Shown: positions 1 to 8,875 of the stretch, one piece after another
Layout of the letters: every line of letters starts with the position of its first letter
Numbering within the stretch: the first letter of the stretch is position 1
From: Deltaproteobacteria bacterium
GTDB taxonomy: Bacteria > Myxococcota_A > Polyangia > Polyangiales > Houyiibacteriaceae
Length of the DNA: 64,000 nt
Assembly: GCA_034670305.1 (NCBI GenBank)
Contig: JAXMNT010000005.1
Location: forward strand, 128,001-192,000
Direction of reading: 5' to 3'
Made by a program: the position numbers and the translations under genes
Notes under the pieces: model-generated
Databases searched by the model: none
Seen by the model: only the letters and a program-made list of their open reading frames with translations
What the model was told of the DNA's origin: nothing

Positions 1-2
1 TC

Positions 3-134
3 AGCACGCTCCGCATGGAGCAGCTCGAGGTCTCCATGGCCGGCGCGGTCTGTCTGCAGGGCCGCGACTCGGACTTCGATCTCACCTCGCTGGTCGGCGT
101 GCTCTCGCAGGCGCCCGACTACTTCTACGACTGA
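3..134 (+). CDS. 3' end of a hypothetical protein (truncated by window edge), upstream of the ThiF gene
   Basis: Open frame reads ...STLRMEQLEVSMAGAVCLQGRDSDFDLTSLVGVLSQAPDYFYD* with GC3-rich codons; TGA at 132-134. Confidence 0.6.
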   Translation, partial: STLRMEQLEVSMAGAVCLQGRDSDFDLTSLVGVLSQAPDYFYD

Positions 135-287
135 CCCCAAGCCGAGCGGCTGGAAACAACGCCAGCCGCTCGCTCCTTCTCTGCGCCGCACCCGTTCTCT
201 GTGCCGCGCCCGTCTCTGTGCCGCGCTCGTTCAGGGCCGCGCCCGTCCTGGGCCGCGGCCCGACTGCGCTTACGAAAGCTCGATCCC

Positions 288-914
288 ATGACCTTCCTCT
301 TCCACGAAAAACTGTTCCGCGGTGCGGATGCGATGACGCGTCTCAAGGACGCGAAGGTCGGGATCTGCGGCGCCGGCGCACTCGGAAGCCACCTCGCGCT
401 CGGGCTCGCCCGCACGGGCGTCGGCCACCTGCGCGTCATCGACCGCGACCGCGTCGAAGAGCGCAACCTCTCCACCCAGACGTGGTCCCGCGGCGACGTC
501 GGGGGCCCGAAGGCGAAGTTGCTCGCGCACACGATCTTCCGCGCGGTCGGCACCCAGGTCGATGGCCGCATGAAGGAGCTCACCCGTTCCAACGGGCGCG
601 CGCTGCTGCGTGGTCTCGACTTGGTGATCGACGTCTTCGACAACAGCGAAGCGCGGGCCGCGGTGCAGCTCGCCGCCGCAGAGCTTCGGATCCCCTGCCT
701 CCACGCCGGCCTCGCGTCGGACTACGCGGAGTGCGTCTGGGACCCCCACTACACGGTTCCGTCAAACGCGAACGACGACGTCTGCGACTACCCGCTCGCC
801 CGCAACCTCGCGGTCGTAGCGGCCGCGCTCGCGTCCGAGCTCGCCGTGCGCTTCCTCGCCACCGGCGAGAAGCGCGACCTCGCGCTGACGTTCGGCGACC
901 TGCGGATCACCTGA
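288..914 (+). CDS. ThiF/MoeB/E1-like adenylyltransferase
   Basis: GAGALG nucleotide-binding loop, [16 protein letters not shown] and DVFDN motifs; ATG at 288 chosen within ORF 201..914. Confidence 0.85.
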   Translation: MTFLFHEKLFRGADAMTRLKDAKVGICGAGALGSHLALGLARTGVGHLRVIDRDRVEERNLSTQTWSRGDVGGPKAKLLAHTIFRAVGTQVDGRMKELTRSNGRALLRGLDLVIDVFDNSEARAAVQLAAAELRIPCLHAGLASDYAECVWDPHYTVPSNANDDVCDYPLARNLAVVAAALASELAVRFLATGEKRDLALTFGDLRIT

Positions 915-918
915 CCCC

Positions 919-1383
919 GCGTCGGCGTCGGGATCGGGATCGGTTTCGGCGTCGGCGTCGGCGGCGTCGGCTTCGGAGTCGGCTTCGGCTTCGGCGTCGG
1001 CGTCGGCGTCGGCGTCGGCTTCGGAGTCGGCTTCGGCTTCGGCGTCGGCGTCGGCTTCGGCGTCGGCTTCGGCGTCGGCGTCGGCTTCGGCGTCGGCGTC
1101 GGCGTCGGCGTCGGCTTCGGCGTCGGCTTCGGCTTCAGCTTCGGCTTCGGCTTCGGCGTCGGCGTCGGCTTCGGATTCGGCGTCGGCTCCGGCGTCGGAC
1201 GGAACGGCTTCAGCAACAGCAACAGCCGCAGCAACAGCAACAGCTTCAGCCCCAGCAACAGCTTCAGCCCCAGCAACAGCTTCAGCTTCAGCCCCAGCAA
1301 CAGCTTCAGCCGCAGCAACAGCAGCCGCAGCCTTCAGGCACAGCAACAGCCGCAGCCTTCAGTCACAGCAACAGCCGCAGCCG
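919..1383. repeat. Intergenic degenerate hexamer array: CGGNNT units (CGGCGT/CGGCTT/CGGAGT/CGGGAT), then CAGCNN units
   Basis: Visible 6-bp periodicity; produces low-complexity spurious ORFs (AEADAD, PTPKP, polyQ). Confidence 0.9.
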
Positions 1384-1411
1384 CTCTCACCCGAGCCGGT
1401 TCGCGCCGTCC

Positions 1412-1630
1412 TCAGTACGTGAGCACGGGGGCGGGCTCGGCGGTGCGCTCCGTGTCTTCCGGCAGGTCCACGTCTTCGACGTCGGCTGCGGGAAGCACCG
1501 GGGCGGCGCTTCGGGCGCAGCGGCTGCTGGCGCTGCAGCTGCCACAGAGGCCACAGGCGACGCGCATGGTCGCGGCCATCGCGAGGACCGCGGCTGCAAG
1601 CGTCAGGGAGAGCTTCGTGAACTTGCCCAT
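1412..1630 (-). CDS. Possible small exported Cys-containing hypothetical protein (72 aa) downstream of dnaA
   Basis: MGKFTKLSLTLAAAVLAMAA signal-like N-terminus, CGLCGSC, acidic tail. Confidence 0.35.
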   Translation of the reverse strand: MGKFTKLSLTLAAAVLAMAATMRVACGLCGSCSASSRCARSAAPVLPAADVEDVDLPEDTERTAEPAPVLTY

Positions 1631-1859
1631 CTTCTGCCAGCGCAGCGCGACAACCTGTTTGATGAGTCCGAACGTGCTGGTGGGGCGTGCCATGCGAGAG
1701 AGCCTACAGCCGGACCTTGGGGTCCGCCAGTGCCTGCGCCGTCGGTTTTCGGCCCGCGGATCAGCCGCACCTACTTCGAGGTCGTCCGAAGCGCAGGCCA
1801 CGAAGCACCGCTCAGAAGCTCCCAGCCAAAAGCACCGGCCCCGAAGCCCAGGCTCTCGC

Positions 1860-3218
1860 TCAGAAGCCGAGCTTGCGCTCGATCGCTTCGACCGCGCGCT
1901 GGGTCTTCTCGTCTTCGCCTTCGAGCAGGCCGGTGATCTTGCGGACGGCGCTGATGACCGTCGTGTGGTCCTTGCCGCCGAAGCGTTCCCCAAGGGCCGG
2001 GTAACTCGTGCCGAGTCGCTCGCGGCACAGGTACATCGCGACCTGCCTCGGGTAGCTCACCGCGCGGTGCCGCTTCTTGCTCTTCAGATCGCTGAGCTTG
2101 ATCGCGAAGTACACACAGACCGCGCGCTGGATGTCTTCCACCGTGAGCGCCTGCTCCGGTTTCGGCATCGCGGCGCGCAGAGAGTCCTTGGTCAGATCGA
2201 TGTCGATCGGTCGGCCGAGCAGCTCCGCTTTCACGGCGAGTCGAAGGAGCGTGCCTTCGAGCTCACGCACGTTGCTCTTCACGACCTGCGCGATGAAGTG
2301 CGCCACCTCGTCGAGCAGCGGGATCTGTTCGGCTTCCGCCTTCTTGCGGAGGATCGCGATGCGGGTGTCGAGCTCGGGCGGCTGAATGTCCGCGACCATG
2401 CCCGACTGGAACCGGCTCACGAGCCGTTCTTCCATCTCGGCGATGCGCTGCGGGTACACGTCCGAGGTGACGACGATCTGCTTGTCCGAATGGTAGAGCG
2501 CGTTGAACGTGTGGAAGAACTCTTCCTGGGTCTGGTCACGTCCGGCGAGGAACTGGATGTCGTCCATCAGCAGCACGTCGCAGTTGTCGCGGTAGCGCGC
2601 GCGGAACTCGTCGATGCGGTGGTTCTGCAGCGACCAGATGAACTCGTTCGTGAACTTCTCGGCGCTCAGGTAGAGGATGGTCGCGTCGGGGTTGTCCGCC
2701 AGGATGCGGTGGCCCATCGCGTTCATCAGGTGGGTCTTGCCGAGACCGACGCCGCCGTAGATGAAGAGCGGGTTGTAGCGTTTGCCGGGGGCCGAACCGA
2801 CCGCGATGCTCGCCGCGTGGGCGAGCTGGTTCGACGGTCCGACCACGAAGCTGTCGAACTTGTACTTCGGCTGCAGATGCGCCTTGCGCACCGCGTTGCT
2901 CTTGCGCGGAATCGCACGCGCCTTGGGTTTCGGCGGCGGCGCGCTGGCCCGCTGCTTCTGAGGAACCTGCAGCGTGTCGTCGACCTGGAAGCTGAGCTTG
3001 GAAGGGGCGTCTTCGGTGCCTTGTTCGCCGAGCACCTCGAGGATCAGATCCTGGTAATGGTTCTGGATCCAGTCCGCGTAGAAACGATTGGGAATGCGAA
3101 GCACGAGCGCCTCGCCTTCCAGACCCTCGCAACGAACCGGCCCAAGCCACGTCGCGAAGTTCTCGGCCGAAAGACGCCCACGAAGCGTTTCCAGCGTACG
3201 TTCCCACAGGTCGTTCAT
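1860..3218 (-). CDS. dnaA: Chromosomal replication initiator DnaA
   Basis: YNPLFIYGGVGLGKTHL Walker A, LLMDDIQF, QEEFFHTFN, NVRELEG, RQVAMYL, KDHTTV; GAGGA RBS before ATG 3218. Confidence 0.98.
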   Translation of the reverse strand: MNDLWERTLETLRGRLSAENFATWLGPVRCEGLEGEALVLRIPNRFYADWIQNHYQDLILEVLGEQGTEDAPSKLSFQVDDTLQVPQKQRASAPPPKPKARAIPRKSNAVRKAHLQPKYKFDSFVVGPSNQLAHAASIAVGSAPGKRYNPLFIYGGVGLGKTHLMNAMGHRILADNPDATILYLSAEKFTNEFIWSLQNHRIDEFRARYRDNCDVLLMDDIQFLAGRDQTQEEFFHTFNALYHSDKQIVVTSDVYPQRIAEMEERLVSRFQSGMVADIQPPELDTRIAILRKKAEAEQIPLLDEVAHFIAQVVKSNVRELEGTLLRLAVKAELLGRPIDIDLTKDSLRAAMPKPEQALTVEDIQRAVCVYFAIKLSDLKSKKRHRAVSYPRQVAMYLCRERLGTSYPALGERFGGKDHTTVISAVRKITGLLEGEDEKTQRAVEAIERKLGF

Positions 3219-3254
3219 CGAAGATTCCTCAGTGATCACAGCGCACTACGGCAT

Positions 3255-3284
3255 TCATCCCCAACCTATCCACAGGTGGGGGAA
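3255..3284. promoter_or_regulatory. DnaA-box cluster upstream of dnaA (probable autoregulation)
   Basis: CTATCCACA at 3266-3274 (1 mismatch to TTATCCACA) with degenerate boxes on either side; another box-like TTTTCCCCA on minus strand at 3521-3529. Confidence 0.55.
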
Positions 3285-3867
3285 GTACTCGGTTGGGGGT
3301 TGAAGGGCTCGACTCGACTGCTGCGTTTGGCTTTCGCGCAGGAGGTTCGCTCTTCGGGGTGGGCACGCTCACGCGATGCATCCCGACCCCGCAACCCTCC
3401 GATTCCCCTCTCCAACCGAAGGGAACGCGAAGCTAGCAGCATGTTTTCGTCCCGTCTACGCCACATTCGAGAGGCCGTGGCAATGGGCCGCTAACCCTAG
3501 GGGATCGCATACGAAACACGTGGGGAAAAAATCTCGCGCCGTCTGGATGGTGGGGCCCAAATCGGGGACTGATTCTGCAAGTGATTGAGATCATTGCTCT
3601 ATTTTCGGGGTCCTGCGCTCTTGGTGCCTTGCAGAGGCCGTGTCGCCCGTGATCCGTAGAGGTTGCGCGGGTTTTGCGGCGCTTGACCCCAACGGGTCTG
3701 CGTCGGAGCGCCCGCGCTGGTTCCGAGAATCTGTGCGCGGTGCCTCCGAAAGGGCCGACCGTGCGGGGCCTCATCGGTTTTTTGGTACGATCTCAGGCGC
3801 CTGCTAGGTTCGCCCTCCGACGACGTGGGGACCCCACCGTCGGGACACTGCAGCAGCAAGGGCGAAC

Positions 3868-4836
3868 ATGGCGACTCGAAATGAAGCGAACGATGCGTGG
3901 GCGACGCGTCTCGCGAACGGTTTGGCGGCGACGTGCGTCTTCGCGCTGTGTGCCACCTCGAGTGCTGCGCTTGCGCAGGAAGAGCTCCCACCGACCGTGG
4001 ACGAAGTCCCGGACGATGGATTCCGCGCGCGCGAGAACACCTACGAGACCGCACGGGGTCTCGGCATGGGCGCCGGTGCGCGCGCCTCGGCGGTTGGCAC
4101 GTCGGCGATCGCCTACAACGCCGCGAACCTGCCGATGGCCCGGATGTACCACGCGGAAACCTTCGCCGGATATTTCCCCACCGCGAGCACCTGGAACTTC
4201 GGCGGCTCGGTCGTCGACTCGGTCTCGAACAAGATCGCAGCCGGCCTGAGCTTCCACGGCGTCTACGGCGGCGGCGATCGAAACTACAGCGGCTACGACG
4301 GGCGGCTCGCCCTCGGCATGCCGCTCTCGCGCGCCATCGCGGTCGGCGTGACCGGTCGGTACATCCGGCTGAACTCGCGGAGCGAGAACGACAACGGCGA
4401 TCGGATCGGACCTTCGCTCAAGGCCTTCACGATCGACGCCTCGATCCGGCTGACCCCGACCGAAGGGCTGCACATCGCGCTGCTCGGCTACAACCTGATC
4501 CGCACCGACTCCCCCATCGCACCGATGCAGCTTGGCGGGAGCGTGTCGTACGCGATCGGCGGCGTGTTCACGTTGGCCGGCGACGTGCTCGTCGACCTGA
4601 CCACCTTCGACTCGGCCGAGATGATCTTCGGTGTGGGCGCGGAGTACTTGATCGCGGGGCAGGTCCCGGTGCGGGCGGGCTACCGACGCGACAACGGGCG
4701 CGAGATCAACCAGATCACCGCGGCCATCGGCTACGTCGATCAGAAGATCGGGATCGACGCCGCCATCCGCCAAGACATCGGCAACGAGAACCGCGAGACG
4801 CAACTCGTCTTCTCGTTCCGCTACCACGTGCAGTAG
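3868..4836 (+). CDS. Outer-membrane beta-barrel protein (PorV/FadL-like N-terminal signature)
   Basis: Signal peptide, ARGLGMG-A...AIAYNAANL motif, alternating amphipathic strands, C-terminal LVFSFRYH. Confidence 0.7.
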   Translation: MATRNEANDAWATRLANGLAATCVFALCATSSAALAQEELPPTVDEVPDDGFRARENTYETARGLGMGAGARASAVGTSAIAYNAANLPMARMYHAETFAGYFPTASTWNFGGSVVDSVSNKIAAGLSFHGVYGGGDRNYSGYDGRLALGMPLSRAIAVGVTGRYIRLNSRSENDNGDRIGPSLKAFTIDASIRLTPTEGLHIALLGYNLIRTDSPIAPMQLGGSVSYAIGGVFTLAGDVLVDLTTFDSAEMIFGVGAEYLIAGQVPVRAGYRRDNGREINQITAAIGYVDQKIGIDAAIRQDIGNENRETQLVFSFRYHVQ

Positions 4837-4962
4837 AGGCGGGCTCGCTTCGCGCTTGGGTCGCGCTCGTCGCACCAGCATGGGGTGACCGCTGACGCGC
4901 TCCGCGGCCCCATGGTCCCCGCCCAAGGGGGCGGCGCATGCGCCGGGGCGTACTCTGTGGGC

Positions 4963-6498
4963 GTGACGATCTTTCGCCCGCTCTCGCTCGTCCCGTTCTT
5001 GCTCGCGCTCGCCGGATGCGGCACCGGGTGCGGCGGCGCGGAGCCGAACCCGCAGACCCCTGAAGCGCGGTCGCTCGAAGCCGCCGAGACCCCGGCCGCC
5101 GAGACCGAGGCCCCCATCGAAGCCGCCACCCAAACTCGACCGACCGGTGTCGTGGACCCCGATGCCGTCACGGCCATCCCGGCGATCAACGCGGTGCTCT
5201 TGGGCGACCGGATCCTCGTGCAGGAGCGTACCCCGGAAGGCGCGCCGATGCGGTTCAGCGCGCGCGACGTGTTCACCGACGAGGTGTTCTGGACCCGAAC
5301 GTTCCCGGAGACCGACATGTTCATGCAGCGCTTCGACGCGCACCACGTGTTGCTCCAGCCCGTCGGCACGCTGCGGCTCTTGGACGTGCGCGACGGGACG
5401 CACCGCGACCATCCCCGCGACCGGGGCCTCGGCCGGTTCCTTCATCGCAACGGCGAGGCGGTGCTGCTGACCCACGAGTGCGGCGCGCAGGTGATCGACG
5501 CCGAAGACGCGCGTCCGATCGCGGCGCTCCGAACCGGACGCGCGATCCGCATGCGCATGATCAACGGCGAAGGACACAGCCACCATCAGCCCGCTTGCAA
5601 CGGACACGTGGTGCCCCTCGGACGGAGCGGGGACCAGCTCCATTTCTACGTCGAGAACCACGCGGACGGACCGGCGACGACCGCCGCGCGTCCACCCTTC
5701 AACACCGGCGTCGACGTCGTGCTCGGCATGAACCGCCAGACCGGCGACATCGCGTGGCAGACCGAAGTCCAGTGCACCGCGTGCGGCTCCCACCGCGCGG
5801 GTGTGCTGGACGGAACCGTGTGGGTGACGACCGAGGACGGGGTCTCGATCTTCGAAGCCGCGACCGGTGGGCTGCTTCGCACCGTGCCGCTGCCCGAGAC
5901 CCGCGTCGTCTTCATGGTTCCCGGCGATCCACCCTTGCTCGAGTTGCTCTCGGCCACGCAGGTGAAGCTCGTCGAAGTGCGCACCGGGCGGGTTCGGTTC
6001 GATCGTCCCGTTCAGGACGAAGCGCTCGTGGTCGTGCAAGGCGCGACCTACACGACGCTCGCCGACGTGCACCTGCGTGCCTACCAGCCGCGGCGCGCCG
6101 AGTTCGTCGACCTCCAGGGTCGCACCACCCGCACCCTCGACATGCCCGAGAACTCGAGCCTCCTCGAACCTTCGCCCGGCGCGCCGTGGGTGGCCGCGCG
6201 CGGGTTCGTCTCACGCGACAACAGTGGCCAGATGGTTCCGTTCGTCGACGATGGGGCGCGCTTCAACGTGCACCGAACGCGCGTGCCGGAGACGCCGCGC
6301 GGTCCGCCCAACCACGCGAGGGTCGAGTGCTCGAGTTGCGCACAGACCGACGTGGCCGAGGTCTCGATGGATGCCTGGTCGCTGGGCGAAGCGCGGCGTG
6401 GCGACGTGCATGCGCTGGTGCTCTTCGCGCACGCCGAAGACTGGCGCGCCGAGGACGAAGTCCGGATCTTCCGCGTGCCGCGTGCGGTGGTGCCTTAG
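4963..6498 (+). CDS. Lipoprotein with probable PQQ-like beta-propeller
   Basis: Lipobox LALAGC; TGDIAWQ / TGGLLR / TGRVRF blade-like repeats; start uncertain (ORF opens at 4885). Confidence 0.6.
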   Translation: MTIFRPLSLVPFLLALAGCGTGCGGAEPNPQTPEARSLEAAETPAAETEAPIEAATQTRPTGVVDPDAVTAIPAINAVLLGDRILVQERTPEGAPMRFSARDVFTDEVFWTRTFPETDMFMQRFDAHHVLLQPVGTLRLLDVRDGTHRDHPRDRGLGRFLHRNGEAVLLTHECGAQVIDAEDARPIAALRTGRAIRMRMINGEGHSHHQPACNGHVVPLGRSGDQLHFYVENHADGPATTAARPPFNTGVDVVLGMNRQTGDIAWQTEVQCTACGSHRAGVLDGTVWVTTEDGVSIFEAATGGLLRTVPLPETRVVFMVPGDPPLLELLSATQVKLVEVRTGRVRFDRPVQDEALVVVQGATYTTLADVHLRAYQPRRAEFVDLQGRTTRTLDMPENSSLLEPSPGAPWVAARGFVSRDNSGQMVPFVDDGARFNVHRTRVPETPRGPPNHARVECSSCAQTDVAEVSMDAWSLGEARRGDVHALVLFAHAEDWRAEDEVRIFRVPRAVVP

Positions 6499-6552
6499 CG
6501 GGAATCGGTTTTGGGTGGAGCGCGGCGCGAGTCGCTCCGCAGAACTCACGAC

Positions 6553-6717
6553 CGCGGAACCGCGAGACGCTGAGCCGCGAGACGCACAACCGCAAGACGC
6601 TGAGCCGCGAGACGCTGAGCCGGGAGACGATGAGCCGCACAACCTCGAGACGCACAACCTCAGAACCCCAACCGCAGAACCGAGGGCAAGGGCAAGGGCA
6701 AGGGCAGGGGCAAGGGC
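6553..6717. repeat. 15-bp tandem repeat (CCGCGAGACGCTGAG-like, about 6-7 degenerate copies) followed by (GGGCAA/GGGCAG)n
   Basis: Direct reading; lies between convergent genes. Confidence 0.8.
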
Positions 6718-6737
6718 TGAGGGCTGCTTCGCAGTCC

Positions 6738-7874
6738 TCAGATCCTCATCGGCATGATCACGCCGACGAAGTCGACGCCTTCGCCCACGGGGCGGATGAC
6801 ACCGGGGTCGAGTTCGCCACTGAGCTCGAGGGCGACCTCGTCGTGCGGGATCGAACCGAGGGCGTCGAGCAGGTAGCGCGCATTGAAGCCCACCCGGAGT
6901 GCTTCGCCCGCGTAGTCCACGTCGAGCTCTTCGGCACCTTCGCCGACATCCGGGTTCTGGCTGACGATGCGCATCGTGCCGGGTGCGATCTGAAACTGGA
7001 CGCCGCCGCTCTTGTCGCTCGCCACCAAGCTGATGCGCTTGAGCGAGTCCACGAGCCGCGCCCGCGTCGCGACCACGCGCTTGGTCTGGTTCTGCGGAAT
7101 GACTTTGTCGTAGGGCGGGAACTGCTCGTCGGCGAGCTTCACGCTCAGCTGCAGATCGGCGCGCCGAAAGAACGCGCAGCCAGCGGCGGTGGCGATGTCG
7201 ATCGTCGGGGGACCGGAGTCGCCCTTGCCATCCTGGCGTGCGTCGTCGATGACCTTCTTGAGTTCGCCCACGCCCTTGTGCGGCACCAGCATCGAAAAGT
7301 TCACCATCGGCGCGCCTTCGGCGAGCTGACCTTCGGCTTTGGAGAGCCGGTGTCCATCGGTGGTCACCATGCGGACCCGCTTGCCGTCGCCCTCGAAGAG
7401 CGTGCCCGCCAGATGGGGGCGCGTGTCGTCGCTCGACATCGAGTACGCGGTGAGCGCCACGAGTTCGCCGAGCAGGTTGGCGTCCAGCGTGGCGAAGTCC
7501 GCGTCCTGCGGGTTGGGCAAGGGCGGGAAGTCTTCGCCCGGCAGTCCCGGAATCTTGTACGAGATCTTCCCGTGCGTGAGCGTGACCGCGTGGTTCTCGC
7601 CGACCTTCAACGTGATGTCGCCATCCGGCAGCGCCTTGACGATGTCGAAGAGCGTGCGCGCGGCGACCGCGATCGTGCCACCACGTTTGATGTCCGCACC
7701 GACCACTGCGCTGACGCCGAGGTACAGATCCGTCGCGCTCAGTCGAAGCCGCTCGGGCCCCTCGGCGCTGAGCAAGATGTTGGAGAGCATCGCCATCGAG
7801 CTCTTGCGGTCGGCGACGCTGTGGGTGCGGGCGAGACCTCGAAAGAAGTCACGCTGGGAGATGATGAGCTCCAT
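6738..7874 (-). CDS. dnaN: DNA polymerase III beta sliding clamp
   Basis: LSATDL, EDFP, VTTDGHRL, FPPYDKVIP, GFNARYLLD, C-terminal VIMPMRI; 378 aa. Confidence 0.98.
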   Translation of the reverse strand: MELIISQRDFFRGLARTHSVADRKSSMAMLSNILLSAEGPERLRLSATDLYLGVSAVVGADIKRGGTIAVAARTLFDIVKALPDGDITLKVGENHAVTLTHGKISYKIPGLPGEDFPPLPNPQDADFATLDANLLGELVALTAYSMSSDDTRPHLAGTLFEGDGKRVRMVTTDGHRLSKAEGQLAEGAPMVNFSMLVPHKGVGELKKVIDDARQDGKGDSGPPTIDIATAAGCAFFRRADLQLSVKLADEQFPPYDKVIPQNQTKRVVATRARLVDSLKRISLVASDKSGGVQFQIAPGTMRIVSQNPDVGEGAEELDVDYAGEALRVGFNARYLLDALGSIPHDEVALELSGELDPGVIRPVGEGVDFVGVIMPMRI

Positions 7875-7939
7875 GGTGGGTCGTGGCTCCGGGTTCGTGC
7901 GAACGGTGTCGAGGATCGAAAGTGAGAGGGTCGGATTGG

Positions 7940-8135
7940 AGAGGAGGGGAATTTAAAGAAGTAATTCTCTAATTCATCTCCGTCATAAGGGCTGTGGATT
8001 GTGGTGGGTTGCGTTGAACCAACCGAGATGATTCAGGATTTCGTCTGGGAGTGCCTGAGGACAGAATCGTGCGGGGGTGGGGAGAACATTCGCCCCCAGG
8101 AATCCACAGGGCAATCCACAGAACAACCCACAGGC
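7940..8135 (-). other. Putative replication origin oriC (DnaA boxes, GC tract, DnaA-trio-like AT-rich unwinding element)
   Basis: Minus strand reads CAATCCACA-GCCCT-TAT GAC GGA GAT GAA TTA GAG AAT TAC TTC TTT AAA; three more boxes at 8100, 8112 and 8124 with 12-bp period; locally AT-rich; directly upstream of dnaN. Confidence 0.75.
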
Positions 8136-8232
8136 TCGAGAAGCGCTCTCACGTGCATATCCCAGCAGTGGCGACGAGGGCAAGGCAGCGTTTCGATCCG
8201 CCGGTCGAGCGCCCCTCGAACTTGGGCTTCGA

Positions 8233-8775
8233 TCAGGGGTGGAGGGCCTGGTCGAGCCGGACGCGCACCTCGGGATCCCGTTCGAGCCGGAGCCGCGCTT
8301 GGAGCAGGGCACGGGCCGATGGCGTGCCCACTTGAGCGACCGCGCGGATGGCGGCTTCGCGAATGAGGCCGGTCCGGTGGCTCAAGAACGGGCGTACGTC
8401 TTCGAGTGCGCCTTCGCCGAACGCGGTCGTGAACGCCATCACCGCCCGCCGGAGGATGAGGTCGTTCTGGTCGGGGGCCTGCACCACCCGGCGCAAGAAG
8501 GTTCGGGTCGCTTCGGTCGGGTAGTACGCGGAGACCTGGACCGCGCGCATCCGGATGAACGGTGGTTCGCTCGGGTCGTCGTAGAGCTCCGCGAGCACCG
8601 CGACGGTGCTGGGGCCGAGCGCGCGCCAAGCGGTCTGCGGCGCGACGCCCTCGAATCCGCTGAGAAGCTGGCGCACCCGGTCTTTGTCCGGGGGATCGGC
8701 GAAGGTCGTCCCGGGCGAGGCGAGGTTCGGCAGCAAAGCGGCCAGGCACAACAGAGAGAAGCAAGCGACGCGCAT
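8233..8775 (-). CDS. Exported HEAT-repeat protein
   Basis: Signal peptide MRVACFSLLCLAALL; IRMRAVQ / LRRAVMA / IREAAIRAV / DPEVR HEAT-like helices. Confidence 0.75.
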   Translation of the reverse strand: MRVACFSLLCLAALLPNLASPGTTFADPPDKDRVRQLLSGFEGVAPQTAWRALGPSTVAVLAELYDDPSEPPFIRMRAVQVSAYYPTEATRTFLRRVVQAPDQNDLILRRAVMAFTTAFGEGALEDVRPFLSHRTGLIREAAIRAVAQVGTPSARALLQARLRLERDPEVRVRLDQALHP

Positions 8776-8875
8776 GCTCGAACGGTAGCAGAACGACACC
8801 CGGTGATCACCGCACGAACGCCGCCCACGCGCATCCACGTCCTCCCGGTCGGCAAACATGCTATGACGGCCTCGC

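Noticed and set aside
762..1346. Low-complexity ORFs over the hexamer arrays (also 788..1318, 13120..13488, 13157..13729, 43572..43874, 55659..56312)
   Set aside because: Stop-free hexamer repeats are open in most frames; there is no RBS, domain or consistent frame.
3300..3860. Possible ncRNA or tRNA in the long dnaA upstream region
   Set aside because: No cloverleaf or recognisable RNA family by eye; divergent promoters and DnaA boxes explain it. An Rfam scan would be needed to exclude it.
3881..4249. Arg-rich frame starting MKRT divergent from dnaA, resembling rpmH (L34)
   Set aside because: Lacks the HGFRxRM and RRxKGR motifs, is too long, and overlaps the beta-barrel gene in another frame.
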